Positions 12,690 to 28,268 of a stretch of 64,000 nucleotides of DNA are shown piece after piece. The notes below the pieces were generated by a model that saw nothing but the letters and a program-made list of their open reading frames with translations, was not told the origin of the DNA and ran no database searches. The position numbers and the translations under genes are program-made. Each line of letters begins with the position of its first letter. The first letter of the stretch is position 1. The DNA is from Octopus vulgaris. Taxonomy: Eukaryota. The DNA lies in the NCBI GenBank assembly GCA_951406725.2, contig OX597825.1, positions 25,358,001 through 25,422,000 of the forward strand, read 5' to 3'.

Positions 12690-12781
12690 ATAATTTATTC
12701 CGTTTCATAATATATTTTGAGCAAAGTGCGTGCTCACGCTCATACATACACACATTCTCTCCCTTTCTCTCTCTCTCTCTT

Positions 12782-12812
<31 letters not shown>

Positions 12813-13154
12813 TACACACATATATTCTTTTATTAAATATTTATTGGCCATAGTCATTGGACTGCAGGCCATACTGGAGTAGTGAGTCAAAGAGTTAAAA
12901 GGTGTATCATACGGGCAAATGTACATCCAGGTGGAACTTTTTTTTTTATCGATGTGTACTTGTTAATCCAATAAGTTAGGAGATAAAAGAAACACCATCT
13001 AAACAAGTCTATTCCTCAGAATGATATAAACACACGTATGTATGTATGTTTGTATGTATGTATGCATGTATGTATGTATGTATGTATGGATGGATGGATG
13101 GATGGATGGACGGATGAATGTGTGAGTGTGTGTGTGTATATATATATATATTTG

Positions 13155-13496
<342 letters not shown>

Positions 13497-13697
13497 CTTT
13501 TATTCTTATACTTGTTTCAGTCATTTGACTGCAGCCTTGTTTGGGTACCGTTTTGAAAAGTTTTTAGTCGAATATACCGACCCCAGTCCATTTTTCCTAA
13601 GGCTTGTGCTTATTCTATCGGTCTCATGCCCGAACCGCTAGTTGAGCACGTCAGCTCCACTTATGAAGTGGTGGTGGCACGCGCGCGCGTGCACACA

Positions 13698-13764
<67 letters not shown>

Positions 13765-13936
13765 ACACACATGTTTATATATACAATAGGCTTCTATTAG
13801 TGCCAAATTCATTCACAAGTCTTCAGTCGGCCCGAGGCAATAGTAGAAGATATTTGCTTAAGATACCACGCAGTGGGACTGAACCTGGAACCATGTAGTT
13901 GGGAAGCATGCTTCTTACCACTAGTCACACCCACGC
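13497..13936 (-). mobile_element. SINE family B
   Basis: cttgtttcagtcatttgactgc...cagtgggactgaacctggaaccatgt with internal (CA)n. Confidence 0.8.
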
Positions 13937-13955
13937 TTATGTATGTATATATATG

Positions 13956-14037
<82 letters not shown>

Positions 14038-14088
14038 TGTATGTATGCATGTATGTATGTATCTATGTACCTATGTATGTATGTATAA

Positions 14089-14120
<32 letters not shown>

Positions 14121-14137
14121 GTATCTATGTATGTATG

Positions 14138-14191
<54 letters not shown>

Positions 14192-14289
14192 CGTATGTAT
14201 ATATCTATGTATGTATGTATCTATGTATGTATGTATCTATGTATGTACGTATGTATATATCTATGTATGTATGTATGTATGTATGTATG

Positions 14290-14320
<31 letters not shown>

Positions 14321-14368
14321 CTATCCATCTGTTTTCTGTCTTTCTGTCTGTCTGTCTATCTATCTATA

Positions 14369-14490
<122 letters not shown>

Positions 14491-14670
14491 AATATCTATC
14501 TATCTAAATATCTATCTATCTATCTTCATACACACACATGCACACACATATATATGCTGGGATGTTCTAGTGATATGTATATTTTTTTGACCTAAACAAA
14601 ATGGATTTGAAATAGAAGAAAGTGATTCTTATAGAAATAGATTGATCGATATAAAACGCAAAGAAGTGAA

Positions 14671-14714
<44 letters not shown>

Positions 14715-15074
14715 GAAGAAGAGAGAGATGAAGAGAGAGAGAGAAGAATACATGTAGGTGTATTCGGTAGATAAGGTTGTCTATCTTTCACAAACACGTC
14801 TGCGTAATCATTTAATCTTACATTCCTACTTTAATTATTCTAATTACTGCAATTACTTCTTTAAAAGTTTACACTGTTATCTCGAAACATGAAATCCTAC
14901 AAAGTTGTACTAGAGAGAAACTGAACTTTTAAATGTTCACCCACATATATTTTTAAATAGGTCGTTTGGCGCCTCATGCAAAAAGTGACGTCTTGGTGAC
15001 CAGTTTGAGAAGCCGTTCAGCGACCGGTTACACAACCAGCAGCTGAAGCCTGTTATCTCCCTTTAATTCTTATG

Positions 15075-15460
15075 GATGGAAGCACTCCGTCGGTTACGAC
15101 GACGAGGGTTCCGGTTGATCCGAATCAACGGAACAGCCTGCTCGTGAAATTAACGTGTAAGTGGCTGAGCACCCCACAGACACGTGTACCCTTAACGTAG
15201 TTCTCGGGGATATTCAGCGTGACAAAGAGAGTGACAAGGCCGGCCCTTTGAAATACAGGTACAACAGAAACAGGAAGTAAGAGTGAGAGAAAGTTGTGGT
15301 GAAAGAGTACAGCAGGGATCACCACCACCCCCTGCCGGAGCCTCGTGGAGCTTGAGGTGTTTTCGCTCAATAAACACTCACAACGCCCGGTCTGGGAATC
15401 GAAACCGCGATCCTATGATCGCGAGTCCGCTGCCCTAACCACTGGGCAATTGCGCCTCCA
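15075..15460 (-). mobile_element. tRNA-derived SINE family C (head H1 + tail T1) with 14-bp TSD
   Basis: TSD ctttaattcttatg at 15061-15074 and 15461-15474; tRNA-like head. Confidence 0.88.
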
Positions 15461-15491
15461 CTTTAATTCTTATGCTCGGCATCTTAAAATA

Positions 15492-15866
15492 TTGGGGCAT
15501 CCCTTAAATAATGGTGGTTTTTTCAATTGCATGAACTAAAAGCCGGAGGGGAACGGGATAAACTACCTGCATCAACTTCCTATAATAGCAGGCAGTAATT
15601 TTACTTTGCATTCATTCTCTTTTACTCTTTTACTTGTTTCAGTCATTTGACCGTGGCTATGCTGGAGCACCGCCTTTAGTCGAGCAAATCGACCCCAGGA
15701 CTTATTCTTTGTAAGCCTAGGTACTTATTCTATCGGTCTCTTTTGCCGAACTGCTAAGTTACGGAGACGTAAGCATACCAGCATTGGTTGTCAAGAAATG
15801 TTGCGGGGACAAACACAGACACACAAACATACACACACACACACACATACGCGCACACACACACAC

Positions 15867-15943
<77 letters not shown>

Positions 15944-16862
15944 CGACGGGCTTCTTTCAGTTTCCGTCTACCAGATTCACTCACAAGGCTTTGGTCAGCC
16001 AGAGGCTATAGCAGAAGACACTTGCCCAAGGTGCCACGCAGTCGGTCTGAACCCGGAACCATGTGGTTGGTAAGCAAGCTACTAACTACACAGCCACTCC
16101 TACGCCTTAGTGCAAGTTTTGAAGATTGCAGTTCAATTTTAACAGTTATTTTTCAAAGCTATAATGGAAGTGACAAAAGAACATATTTAGCATATATTGT
16201 TTTATGAGCAACAACGTAACGTAAAGTGCAGTATATGGGGAACGGACAATAAACGTAAGCCAGTATCAACGGTGGTTCCAGAAATTTCGAGTCGGAAACT
16301 ACAGCTTAGAAGACGAGCCTCGTCCTGTAGAGCTTGAAGAGGACGCCCTGCAAACCCTGGTGGGACAAAATCCCATCGTAACTGTTGAGGAGCTGGCAGA
16401 AAAGCTTGGATTTGGTCATTCAACCATTCATCGACATCAGCACCAGAAGGAAAACGACCATCTTTGGTTTCAAGACGAAAGGTGTTCTTGCATCAGGATA
16501 ATGCTCGGCCACGTACAGCGAGGATGCATTCCAAAAGCTGAAGCAGTTTGAATGGGAATCGATGCCCCACCCACCATATTTGCCAAACATTGCCCCATTT
16601 GATTATCATTTATTCCGCAGTCTTCAAAATCATTTGGACGAAAAAAAAAAATGAATTCTGTAGACGAGGTCAGAACAGTACAGGAGGAGTACTTTTCGTC
16701 ACGGACAAGTGAATTTTGCAAGTGGGGCCTTGTAAGTCTACCAGATAGATGGAAGAGCATTGTAGAAAATGAAGGAGAGTATATTCTAGATTAAAAAAGA
16801 ACTTTACCGTAATTTTGAAAACTAAAAGAATAAAAAACCGCATTATTTATGGAATGACCTAA
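15492..16862 (+). mobile_element. Mariner (DD34D) element, internally deleted, interrupted by a SINE
   Basis: TIRs TA|ttggggcatcccttaaataatggtgg and ccgcattatttatggaatgacctaa|TA. Transposase remnants: WFQKFRVGNYSLEDEPR, VEELAEKLG, LHQDNARP, HPPYLPNIAPFDYHLFRSLQN, RWKSIVENEGEY*. Confidence 0.88.
15616..16106 (-). mobile_element. SINE family B nested in the mariner 5' UTR
   Basis: Full copy from ctcttttactcttttacttgtttcag to cagccactcctacgcc. Confidence 0.88.
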
Positions 16863-17588
16863 TACAAACTATATTTAGTAAAATTTTATACACACACACA
16901 TTTATTGTATACAGTTCAATATACCACAGCTGTTCCTACACCTCGACTGAGTGCGTAGGTATAAATTATATTATAAAATAGAAATTCATGAGGGTTAAGG
17001 GTTACCAACTGAACGGAGTACAACAAAATCATGCTACATAGTAGGCAGAGACAAAACAACACTTTAACTTTCACTTTCGCTTACCTCTCTATATATAAAC
17101 ATCGAATTTTCTCTAGAGGTAGTTTCTCTTAGAGGTAGTGTAATGCATCCATGTAATGCTTTTTTGTTTCTTTCCTCTCTTCCTATGTATCTCTGTCTCT
17201 ATGCATTTATATATATATATCTTTGCTAGTCTGTCTGCTTTACTGCATTTCTTTCTCTCTGTCTCACTCTAGATGAACATTTATGTTCACGTGCGCACGC
17301 ACACGCTCATATTGTATTTATTCTTTATCCACTAAGTTGCTTTATGTCTTTCGTTTCCTCAATCACACTTCATTTGTGTCAATTAGAGTCTCTATGTGCA
17401 TATCCGAATGTTTGCGTTTGGATGTGACTGGGTGCATACATACACACATACATACATACATACATACATACATACATACATACATACATACATACACACA
17501 TACATACATACATACATATATGCGTGTGGACGTACTTAAGCACATATACAAAAAGTGACAAATACAAACATAATATATCCAGGGCTAC

Positions 17589-17643
<55 letters not shown>

Positions 17644-17832
17644 CATACATATATACATGCATACATACATACATGCATACATACATACATATATACATGC
17701 ATACATACATACATACATATATATATATATAGATAGATAGATAGATGCACACACACAATCATATATATACACACACATATTTGTATGTATGTATGAACGG
17801 ATATATATGTATGTATGCATATGTATGTGTAT

Positions 17833-17876
<44 letters not shown>

Positions 17877-19478
17877 ATACGTATATTTTGTGTATGTTTC
17901 TTCGTGCATATGTGTCAATATGCTTGTGTGTGAAAGTACAGAGACATACTCTAACCTCAACCTTTAATCTCTTTCTGTTCATTCTATCCGAAATTTTAAT
18001 CCATCCGTAACTAGTCTAATAAGTGTTAATGGCTGTTAGAAAAACAAAAAGCAAAAAAAAAAAGAAAAGAAACAATGGAAAAGAAAAGAAACAATGGAAA
18101 AGAAAAGAAAAAGAAAAGAACCAAAACAAAACAAAACTAAAAATAACAAAAAAAAAAACTAAACGTAAAAGGAAAAAAAAAACATACAATGCTAAAACAA
18201 GAATAGAAATAAATAAATAAATAAATGACAACGGAAAGAGAAACAAAAACAAAAACAAGAAAATAAGAAAAAAATGGCGAAGGAAAATAAAACTCTTAAA
18301 GAAAACGCAAGAGACCCAAATAGAAGGATAAAATGGACAAAAGAAAGCAGGAAAGAATTGTGGAAAGGTGCAGAGTAGATAGCAAACCGACCAGCGATTG
18401 TCATGTATTATGTATTATTCGGTTTTATGGCATCGACGACGTTAACTATAACAACAGGAAGTTGACCACAGAGTTATTTCGCTTTGTTTATAGAAAGCTA
18501 TTATTCTAATTACCAATGAAATTCCGGAAGCTTCGGCTTGACGCCGAGAGAGCCATTTTCAAAAGCCAACTACTAATTTGTAAATTACTGACACGTTATT
18601 GTTGGTTAATTAAAGTGAATCGATTTGAATAATGAATAATGGTTAAAACCCACTCCCACCGTTTCTGCTACTTTATATTTCTTGCTGTGCAATGGATCGT
18701 GTGTGTTGGGCGGTTTTGTAAGACGTAGCGTTTGTTTAGTTGTTCTGTACACACAAACACACACACACACACACACACACGCACAAACGCATACACACGC
18801 ATGTTCACACACTCACACACACACACACACACACGTGCGCACATACGCATGCACTCTCACACGCATACGCTCTCATACGCACGCGCTCTCACACACACGC
18901 GTGTACATACGCATGCGCACACACACACACGAGCACACACACGTGCACACACACACACACGTGCAAACACACACGTGCACACACACGTGCACACACACAC
19001 ACGGTCACACGCACACACACACACACACACACGCACAAGCATACAAACGCATAAACACACACAAATATAAACGAGTATATACACACACCTATAGATATAG
19101 AGAGTTGTTCTGTACATACACACGCCAGACATATACACGTGCACATACACACATACACATATACGCACATATGCATACACACACACCTATAAGCAGAAAG
19201 AACTGTTTCGTTGTTGCTTGTGTTTCTGCGTGTAAGTTCGTGCGTGCATTTCTGTGTATTTAGCTGCGCGTAAATATACACACACATACATGCAAATTTA
19301 CCAACGCCTGTGTGCATAAAATGTGTGCACGCATGAAGAACTAAACGTATATGTATGCATATCTATATATACAAAGATGTGAATATATATGTATCTGTGC
19401 ATGTAATAATATTCTATATCAAAATATGTAATAATAATAATATCAATAATCCATGGATGGGATTTATAAATATTTAAA

Positions 19479-19614
19479 TGCATCGCTACGCGCGTTTCCA
19501 CAAATCACATGTTTCTTACGATCATAGTCCGTATTCCGGAGATGATTACAGTCCGTTGTATTCATGGACATGTGGTGGATCATAGTTCATCCATTCATTT
19601 CTTCGGGTGATGCA
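19479..19614 (-). ncRNA. Decayed type I hammerhead motif with very long helix II region
   Basis: Minus strand reads ugcaucac-CCGAAGA-(~100 nt)-GAAA-cgcgcg-UA-gcgaugca. Helix I 7/8 paired, palindromic helix III, core U4 changed to C. Confidence 0.55.
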
Positions 19615-20020
19615 GCGGACATAATAAAATAAGAGATTTTATGTGCCTGCTCAGAAGCGTTTCCCCTAAACAAACATAAAGAATGTTTGTATGTATGTGT
19701 ATATGTATGTATGTATTGTATGTATGTATGTATGCGTGTATAAACATACACATGAATACGACCTCGGCGGATTTTGAACTCAGAACATAATTACCTCTCC
19801 TGTCCGAATAATGATAATCACCAGTTACCTCCCGTTAGATTTTTCTACTTGTTGATTCATTCACAAACTTCCATACAAGACCATAGACTAAAATACGAAA
19901 TTATGATAATTTCAATGTCATGATTAGCGAAAACGAAACCAGTCGACAAACACAATAATCTTTCACTTATAAAATATATTTAAAAATATACTAAAACTCT
20001 GTAAACTGTGCATTTTCCTT

Positions 20021-20055
<35 letters not shown>

Positions 20056-20102
20056 CTCACCACGTGGGGATAATCGAAATTCCTCTTTTCTGTTACTACT
20101 GC

Positions 20103-20159
<57 letters not shown>

Positions 20160-21106
20160 ATACAACAATGCCATACAGTTTCCGTTTTCACAAATTCCCT
20201 CTTAAGGCATTGTTCGGCTCAGGGCTATAGTAGAAGATACTTACCCAAGGTGCTGCGCAGTGGCACCCTAGGAAAGCGTCCCGAAATAACATGGTTGCAA
20301 AGCAGGCGTCTTAACAACATGACCATATCTGCTACTAAGAAAATTGTTTCACAAATTTGTGTCCCTTGAGCGGGCAGTTTACCTTGTTGCGTGTACATTT
20401 GAATTTCTAGGTGTTTCATTTTATCATATAAAAATGATGTTTACCAACATTCATTGCACCACTGTAGATGGCTTTGGCAATATTTTTTCTTCACTGAACA
20501 GCTAATGGTATTTACGACTTAAAATTTTCCTGATTAACGCTAAGAAAATCGAAGCTACATTTGCTCTTACGTTTTGCTGAACAAGTTGAACGCAGTGTGA
20601 ATTACATTTATATTGAATGGCTTGATTATCGAGAGAAGAATGCTCTATATAAGCCGAGCAAAACACTGTCAAATTTGCTCAGCTGGAAAATATAACTTAA
20701 TGCAGCGTTCTGATATACTACAGCAAAAACCTAAACTTGGATATCACAACGAAATGCTGTCAAGAAAGCGGACTCGGAGGCAGTTAAATTTAGCAGTGAA
20801 ATGAATATCCACCAATCCATTATAAGAATACAATATATACTTATATTGTACCTATGCTTTTAATCATTTGTATTGGCTAAAACTTTTGATTGAAGAGTAA
20901 GATATGCCTACACCACCAACGGTACAGTGGATCAGAACGTTAAGGTTATCGCAATGTATTGTGTGCGTATACATACATACATACATACATACATACATAC
21001 ATACATACATACATACATACACACACACATTATATATATATATATATGCATATATATGAATATATGTATATGTATGTATATATATGTATATATATACATA
21101 TATATG

Positions 21107-21170
<64 letters not shown>

Positions 21171-21364
21171 GGTGAGAGAGTTGGTATGTGAAAGCACGTG
21201 GTTGGATGTATTGAGAAATTTCAAAAGAAAATAAGAAACCGGTTATTTCTCCCAAAACTATGTTACTATACACAAAATTTTAAAACATTTTTCTAACATA
21301 ACGACTTAAATATATTCTTTAACCATATAACACAAGCCGTCTGTAGTTTTTCCACTCTTTTTTT

Positions 21365-21429
<65 letters not shown>

Positions 21430-21758
21430 ATTTTATATATATATATATATATGTATGTTTGTATGTATGTACGGTTGAATGGATGGATGGGTGTATAATT
21501 AACAGCAAAATTGAAAGAAAAAATATGATATACCAGTTTCCTTATTCTTTGGAATTGCTTTGCATTTACACTTCTGTAAATATTCATAATCCAGTGAAAC
21601 GAAGCCAGGATTTACCCTTCAGTGGGATGGCTCGCCCTGAGTAACCCTAGGTGCTTCTTACTGGTCGATGTGGTTAGCCCGAACCTGAACTGTACTCGAG
21701 TGCTTGTACAGTACACGCTTGGAAAATGTATCCCTATATACTTATTACACACATACAA

Positions 21759-21850
<92 letters not shown>

Positions 21851-22205
21851 CGTTGCAAACTGTAGCGGGCTGTATTATATTCGAACGTTGTGTATACTTA
21901 AGACAATAGAACGGTTATCAATTTTACAATGTTTCTGCTGCATACCGGGGCAGTTGCTTCACCCGAGATTTGATTATGGATAGGTTGACTAAACTGATAA
22001 GAATTAAGGTCTCTGCTGTAAAATAGCACTTCATCGGCAACAGAACGCAATTTTCCCGACCTAGTACTATGCTCGTTAGATCCACGAAACTGTGAATTAT
22101 CCTTTCTAAGAAGGTCTAACATAAGTCACCAAAGGGTTTTATCTTCTTTCTAGGTCACGGAAAATTGCGAGTTAATATTTCCCTGGTTGTGTGGTAAGTA
22201 GCTAT

Positions 22206-22386
22206 AGGCGCAGGAGTCGCTGTGTGGTAAGTAGTTTGTTTACCAACCACATGGTTCTGGGTTCAGTCTCACTGCATGGCACTTTGGGTAAGTGTCTTCT
22301 AATATAGCCTCGGGCCGACCAAAGCCTTGTGAGTGTATTTGGTAGACTGAAGCTGAAAGAAACCTGTCGTATGTATGTATATATAT

Positions 22387-22427
<41 letters not shown>

Positions 22428-22704
22428 ATATACATATATATATATATATATATTTGTGTGTGTGTGTGTGTGTGCGTGTATATGTTTGTGTGTCTGGGTT
22501 TGTCCCCCAACATCGCTTGACAACCGATGCTGGTGTGTTTACGTCCCCGTAACTTAGCGGTTCGGCAAAAGAGACCGATAGAATAAGTACTCGGCTTACA
22601 AAGAATAAGTCCTGGGATCTATTTGCTCGACTAGAGGTGGTGCTCCAGCATGGCCGCAGTCAAATGACTGAAACAAGTAGTAAAGAGTAAAGAGTAAAAG
22701 AGTA
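22206..22704 (+). mobile_element. SINE family B, full length
   Basis: aggcgcaggagtcgctgtgtggtaag head, internal microsatellite, (taaagag)n tail. Confidence 0.88.
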
Positions 22705-22879
22705 ATATACTCCTTTGTGTTGGGTTCAAATATTACCGAATGCAACTTAGTTTTTTCACTCGACAATAAAATAAAAACATTAACTCTTGCCAGTAATTCC
22801 TGAGTGAACAGATATAACATCTAAGGCATTCCGTTCGTATCCATCCTGTGATTTTTTTCAGCTATTATGTACCTCAAAG

Positions 22880-23640
22880 AAGGCGGCGAGCTGGTAGAAA
22901 CGTTAGCACGCCGGGTGAAATGCTTAGCGGTATTTCGTCTGCTGTTACGTTCTGAGTTCAAATTCCGCCGAAGTCGACTTTGCCTTTCATCCTTTCGGGT
23001 CGATAAATTAAGTACCAGTTACGCACCGGGGTCTATGTAATCGACTTAATTCGCTTGTCTGTCCTTGTTTGTCCCCTCTGTGTTTAACCCCTTGTGGGTA
23101 GTAAAGAAATAAGTATTTCGTCTACCGTTACGTTCTGAGTTCAAATTCCGCCGGGGTGGACTTTGCATTTCATCCGTTCGGGGTCGATAAATTAAGTACC
23201 AGTTACGCACTGGAGTCGATGTAATCGACTTAATCTGTTTGTCTGTCCTTGTTTGTCCTCTCTGTGTTTAGCACCTTGTGGAAAGTAAAGAAATAAGTAT
23301 TTCGTCTGCCGTTACGTTCTGAGTTCAAATTCCGCCGAGGTCGACTTTGCCTTTCATCCTTTCGGGGTCGATTAAATAAATACCAGTTACTCACTGAGGT
23401 CGACATAATCGACTTAATCCGTTTGTCTGTCCTCTCTGTGTTTAGCCCCTTGTGGGTAGTAAAGAAATAGGTATTTTGTCTGCCGCTACGTTCTGAGTTC
23501 AAATTCCGCCGAGGTTGACTTTACCTTTTATCCTTTCGGGGTCGATAAAAAAAAATACCTATTGAGCACTGGAGTCGATGTAGTCGACTATCCTCCCCAA
23601 TCAAACTTTCAGAACTTGTGCCTACAGTTCAAAGGACTAT
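22880..23640 (+). mobile_element. SINE family A tetramer
   Basis: One head followed by four body units joined at aagaaata(a/g)gtattt(c/t)gtct. Confidence 0.88.
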
Positions 23641-24524
23641 ATACTGCAGGTTATTTATCCTATGTTTTTTCATTAGCACAGAAGGATGCAATTTGATGAA
23701 AACTTAGCTGCTATTTCTAACGTGTTAACGGACCATACAGAGGCTCTCTCTTTGGTTTGTAATACAATTAGCTGTAAAACTGGGGTCAATTCGACCGTCG
23801 ATGTTTCTATCGCTGCAAAATTGTCTTTTGCACCCGGTGAAAATTAAGAAAAACTGTTTTCAATTCGTATCTCATCTTCATTTAATAAGGAATAATGACT
23901 GTCAAGAATTATAAATTTAATAATAGATAATGAAGAATGAATTTAATAATCTACATTTGGTTCATATGGTTGACAACCTTTCTCATATACTAACTTCTAT
24001 AAATATACAACCAGAAACAACTCAATCAAGTCATATGACCTCAGCGCGACCTAACTGTTGTGAGGAAAATAAGCGAACAAAGAATTGCCTGGAGGGAATT
24101 AACAGTTATTATTGCTAGAGAATATAGCACAAGTTAATCCAAACACACGGACTTCAGCGATGTGACAAAGTTAATAATAATAATAATAGGAAAAGATTGC
24201 GTTCATTTAATATAATTTATAGTCTATTTACAATAAACTAAGTCTTCAAGTCAACTTATACTGAGTTTGGTAATTGCATTTATTTGTTTTTGAGACTCTC
24301 AATGGTCAATTGGTTCTTCTGTAAGAATATTAGTAAGTGAAATATAACAGTGTAAGAAATATGACGAGTTGTCACGAAGACCGGGATAATTTCGACAAGT
24401 AGTATTGCGAAAATCGAAAGTAACCGTAGGCAATGAAAAGAACAGCTAACCTTATACAACAACAATAACAACATCATCATCATCATCATCATCATCATCA
24501 TTATCCTCCTCCTCCTCCTCCTCC

Positions 24525-24556
<32 letters not shown>

Positions 24557-24915
24557 TACAAAAATAATCCTTTCTACAATTGGCACAAGGCTTGATTACA
24601 TCGACCCTAGTGCTCGACTGGTATTTATTTCATCGACCCCGGAAAGGATGAACGGCAATGTAGACCTCGGCAGAATTTGAACTCAGAACGCGAAGACGAA
24701 CAAAATGATACTACGCGTTTTGTCCGGAATGCTAACTATTTTGCCAGCTCGCTGTCATTAAGAGAATCGAACTCTGTACCCCTCAAATTCCGGCTGAGTG
24801 CTTTGTACCATTGAGCTAAAAGACACTTGACATTGTATATTTAGGTACTAGAAATTTAGAATACAAATAAATACAGCTAAAATACATAGAATAAATAAAT
24901 GAATAAATAGATATT

Positions 24916-24953
<38 letters not shown>

Positions 24954-25057
24954 AATATTTATGTGTGTGTGTGTGTGTGGTTCTATCCACAGCGGATAGA
25001 ACCAGGGCACCCCATAACCCTAACCACATTTTACTCCTTGCTCTGGAAATTAACAAT

Positions 25058-25341
25058 AGGCGTAGGGGTGGCTGTGTGGTAAGTAGCTTGCTTACCAACC
25101 ACATGGTTCCGGGTTCAGTCTCACTGCGTGGCACTTTGGGTAAGTGTCTTCTACTATAGCCTTGTGGATTCGGTAGACGGAAACTGAAAGAAGCCCGTCC
25201 TATATATATATATATATGTATATATGTTTGTGTGTCTGTGTTTGTTCCCCACCCCCAACGTTGCTTGACAACCGACTAAAGGCGGTGCTCCAGCATGGCC
25301 ACAGCCAAATGAAAGTAAAAGAGAGTAAAGAGTAAAGAGTA
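25058..25341 (+). mobile_element. SINE family B, internally deleted
   Basis: Head and tail match family B. Confidence 0.8.
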
Positions 25342-27375
25342 ATTGAAAAAGTACCCCTGAGTATTTTTGAAGTTAGACGAGTTTCCAGTTCACCCATGCG
25401 TTTACCCTAACCCTAACTCTTAGAATATCTCTAAACCCAGCCCTCAAACTCTAATCACACCCCCCTGGTAGTTTCTATCTACAACTACTAGTGTAGTTTA
25501 CATCAATAGTTTATTCAAATGTTGTGTAAAACTGAATGGCATATCCTTTTCAATTTGCATTTTATTCTCTCCTTCATTCAGATCGTCCAAAATTTTCATT
25601 TTCTTGTATGCAATTCAGAAAACCGTAAATCTTACGTATTTCCAACGGGACATGGGACCGTCCTTCTTGGTTTTACATGCCTTTGTTTTGCGCTCGTTTA
25701 TTTTTCTCGACAGTTTTTTTTCTTCTCATCATTGAAGCCATCAATAATTTGCCACCATTCTTCATTCAGTAATTCTCCTCTATCTTTGAATTACAATGGG
25801 TGCTGCTGTCTGCAACCAGCACATGGAGTCCATGGTACCAGACTAAGAGCAGCGATGTATCAAAACAGTTCCACCTGTTTTCGTACCTTTATTCAGTCTT
25901 GAGATCAGAACACACTTTCCTACCCTCTGTTCTGAGATCTTCTTCATGTTTATCAATTTACATTAGGAAAAAAGAAACCCACAACAATAAACAAACCAGC
26001 AGGCGCGACTGTAAGGCACCTGAATGCATAACACCCACTAATAATACTAAAGATTTCTACTATAGACACAAGACTACATATTTGATGGTTAGCATAATGA
26101 TTAGATCGACCATAGTAAATTACAGGTACTTTATGTTTAACGATTTCGAAAGGGTAAAAGGAAGAGTCGGCTCTAGCAAAATTTATTCTCAGAAGATGAA
26201 GTGATGTAAGGATATAGTGCAAAGTTGGTTATATTGATAATTCTTTCTTAGGCTGCGCTTGTTCTTGATATCTAACTTTGGCATCCGGCTATAGATTATT
26301 TGGCGGACGAGACACTCGAGTGTATCAAATTTGATACTTTACAGGTGCTATTTTATCGACTTAGGAAGGATGAAAGGCGAAAGTAGAACTCAGTGCCCTG
26401 CGATTTATAACAATTGAAAAAGGCAAGAAATGTTTTGAGGGAGGACACAGCCAATTAAAGCTTCTGTAGTAAGTGACTCGTGCTTACGTTATCGAACCCA
26501 GAATGATAAAAGGTAACGGCGACCCCGAAGGAATTACTGAACAAACACAAATGTTTTTTTTTTTCCTTCAGATATAAGAAATGTGTGAAGAAATGACTAG
26601 AAATACTTGTGACTGTATCTACAAAGGATTACACGGGGAACGAAATATACATTTTTCAATGTTCTTCAGATGTCGGATATGATAAGTATGTGTGTGTCTT
26701 TCATAGAAGGTGGGGAAGGTCATCTCCATAAATTAAGGGGAACAACTGTAATATAAATCACTGCGCCACCTGCCGATGTCTCCTTGTAATTATCCTGAAT
26801 GTTCAATCAGAGAATTCTATTGATATACAGAGCTGTTTCAATAAATAGTATATAAAGGAAAAACAAAAATAAATGGGAGAAAAATTAAGAAATGATATAA
26901 AAAAAATTATTCCACAATATTGAATAAAATTACGTTTTGGTATGAGCTAAGAAAAAAACACGAAAAAAGAAAGGCGAGTAATTTTGGTAAATATTCCAAA
27001 GAACTGTATCGATGTCATTCGGAGTAGTTATATATTTATGGAAATAAGTCTAACGAATCCGAGAAATATTTCTTTTGGTACCATATTAATAGAATACATT
27101 TGTATATTAATCTAAGTGTAGATATAGACAGAAAAAAATCAGGAAAAAATGTCTGCTTTTGCCTAAACAACAACAAAAATAATAACAAAAGACGCCACTT
27201 TAAAAAAAAAGGTAAAATAAAACAAAACAAAAAAACCCAGACTGGTGTTATACGGGTTACATCTGTTGCTCTCTTAATATTTCTACCTTGCTTTATTAAT
27301 TTTCTTATTGGTGTTTTAGCCAATCTGTCAATGGCAGCACAGTTGTGTATTGAACTAAATTCAGTACATTACAGG

Positions 27376-27480
27376 TGTATAAATAGTTTTCAACGCCGAA
27401 TTTACCATAGAAAAAACCAAAATTCCATTCGACAAAGATTTTTTTTTGTCTTTATTGATGGACCTGGAGGAAGGGCAAGT
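27376..27480 (+). pseudogene. Possible Helitron PIF1-like helicase fragment (Walker A region)
   Basis: INSFQRRIYH...FFVFIDGPGG resembles the FFIDGPGGxGKT motif of Helitron helicases; short and truncated. Confidence 0.35.
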
Positions 27481-27892
27481 GTTCATGCTTTGACCAGTGA
27501 GACTGTTGTCATTAATGTTCCTCTCAAACTTTTATAAAACTTTAAAAATCATGAGATTGGTGGGAATTCCAGAGAGCTGACGTTCGTGGAAGAAAGGACT
27601 GGGTGTAGTGGTTGGCGTAGGACATGGTGGGGTTGGACATATCAAGAGTGATGAGTGGAGGGTAAATATGTGGGATAGGAATGCTTGATGGGGCAAGGCC
27701 ATCCAGCCATTATAGTAGCAACAGAAAAAGGCAGAGAGAGGAGAAGCGCCTCTGTTGGCCAGAGGCTGGAATGTGTCTGTGAATGAGTTTATACCTCCAA
27801 AATGTAAAGAGACTTCATTACCTAGAACACGATGCTCAAGACCGTAATCGGCCGTTTTTGCAACCCCAACACCCTTACATCCATAACTCTAT

Positions 27893-28268
27893 TGGCGGGC
27901 GAGTTGGCAGAAACGTTAGCATGCCGGGCGAAATGCTTAGCGGTATTTTGTCTGCCACTACGTTCTGAGTTCAAATTCCGCCGAGGTCGACTTTGCCTTT
28001 CATACTTTCGGGGTCGATAAACTAAGTACCAGTTACGCACTGGGGTCGATATAATCGACTTAATCCGTTTGTCTGTCCTTATTTGTCCTCTCTGTGTTTA
28101 GCCGCTTGTTGATAGTAAAGAAATAGGTATTTCGTCTGTCATTACGTTCTGAGCCCAAATTCCGCCGAGGTCGACTTTGCCTTTCATCCGTTCGGGGTCG
28201 ATAAACTAAGTACCAGTTACGCACTGGGGTCTCTGTGTTTAACACCTTGTGGGTAGTAAAGAAATAGG
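27893..28268 (+). mobile_element. SINE family A dimer
   Basis: Same head, body and junction as the other family A multimers. Confidence 0.85.

Noticed and set aside
22880-23640. Regularly spaced repeats as a CRISPR array (also 36507-36930)
   Set aside because: Eukaryotic context, no unique spacers, no cas genes.
25530-25680. Pogo/Tigger-like HTH fragment (KMKILDDLNEGE) on the minus strand
   Set aside because: One weak motif with no supporting termini.
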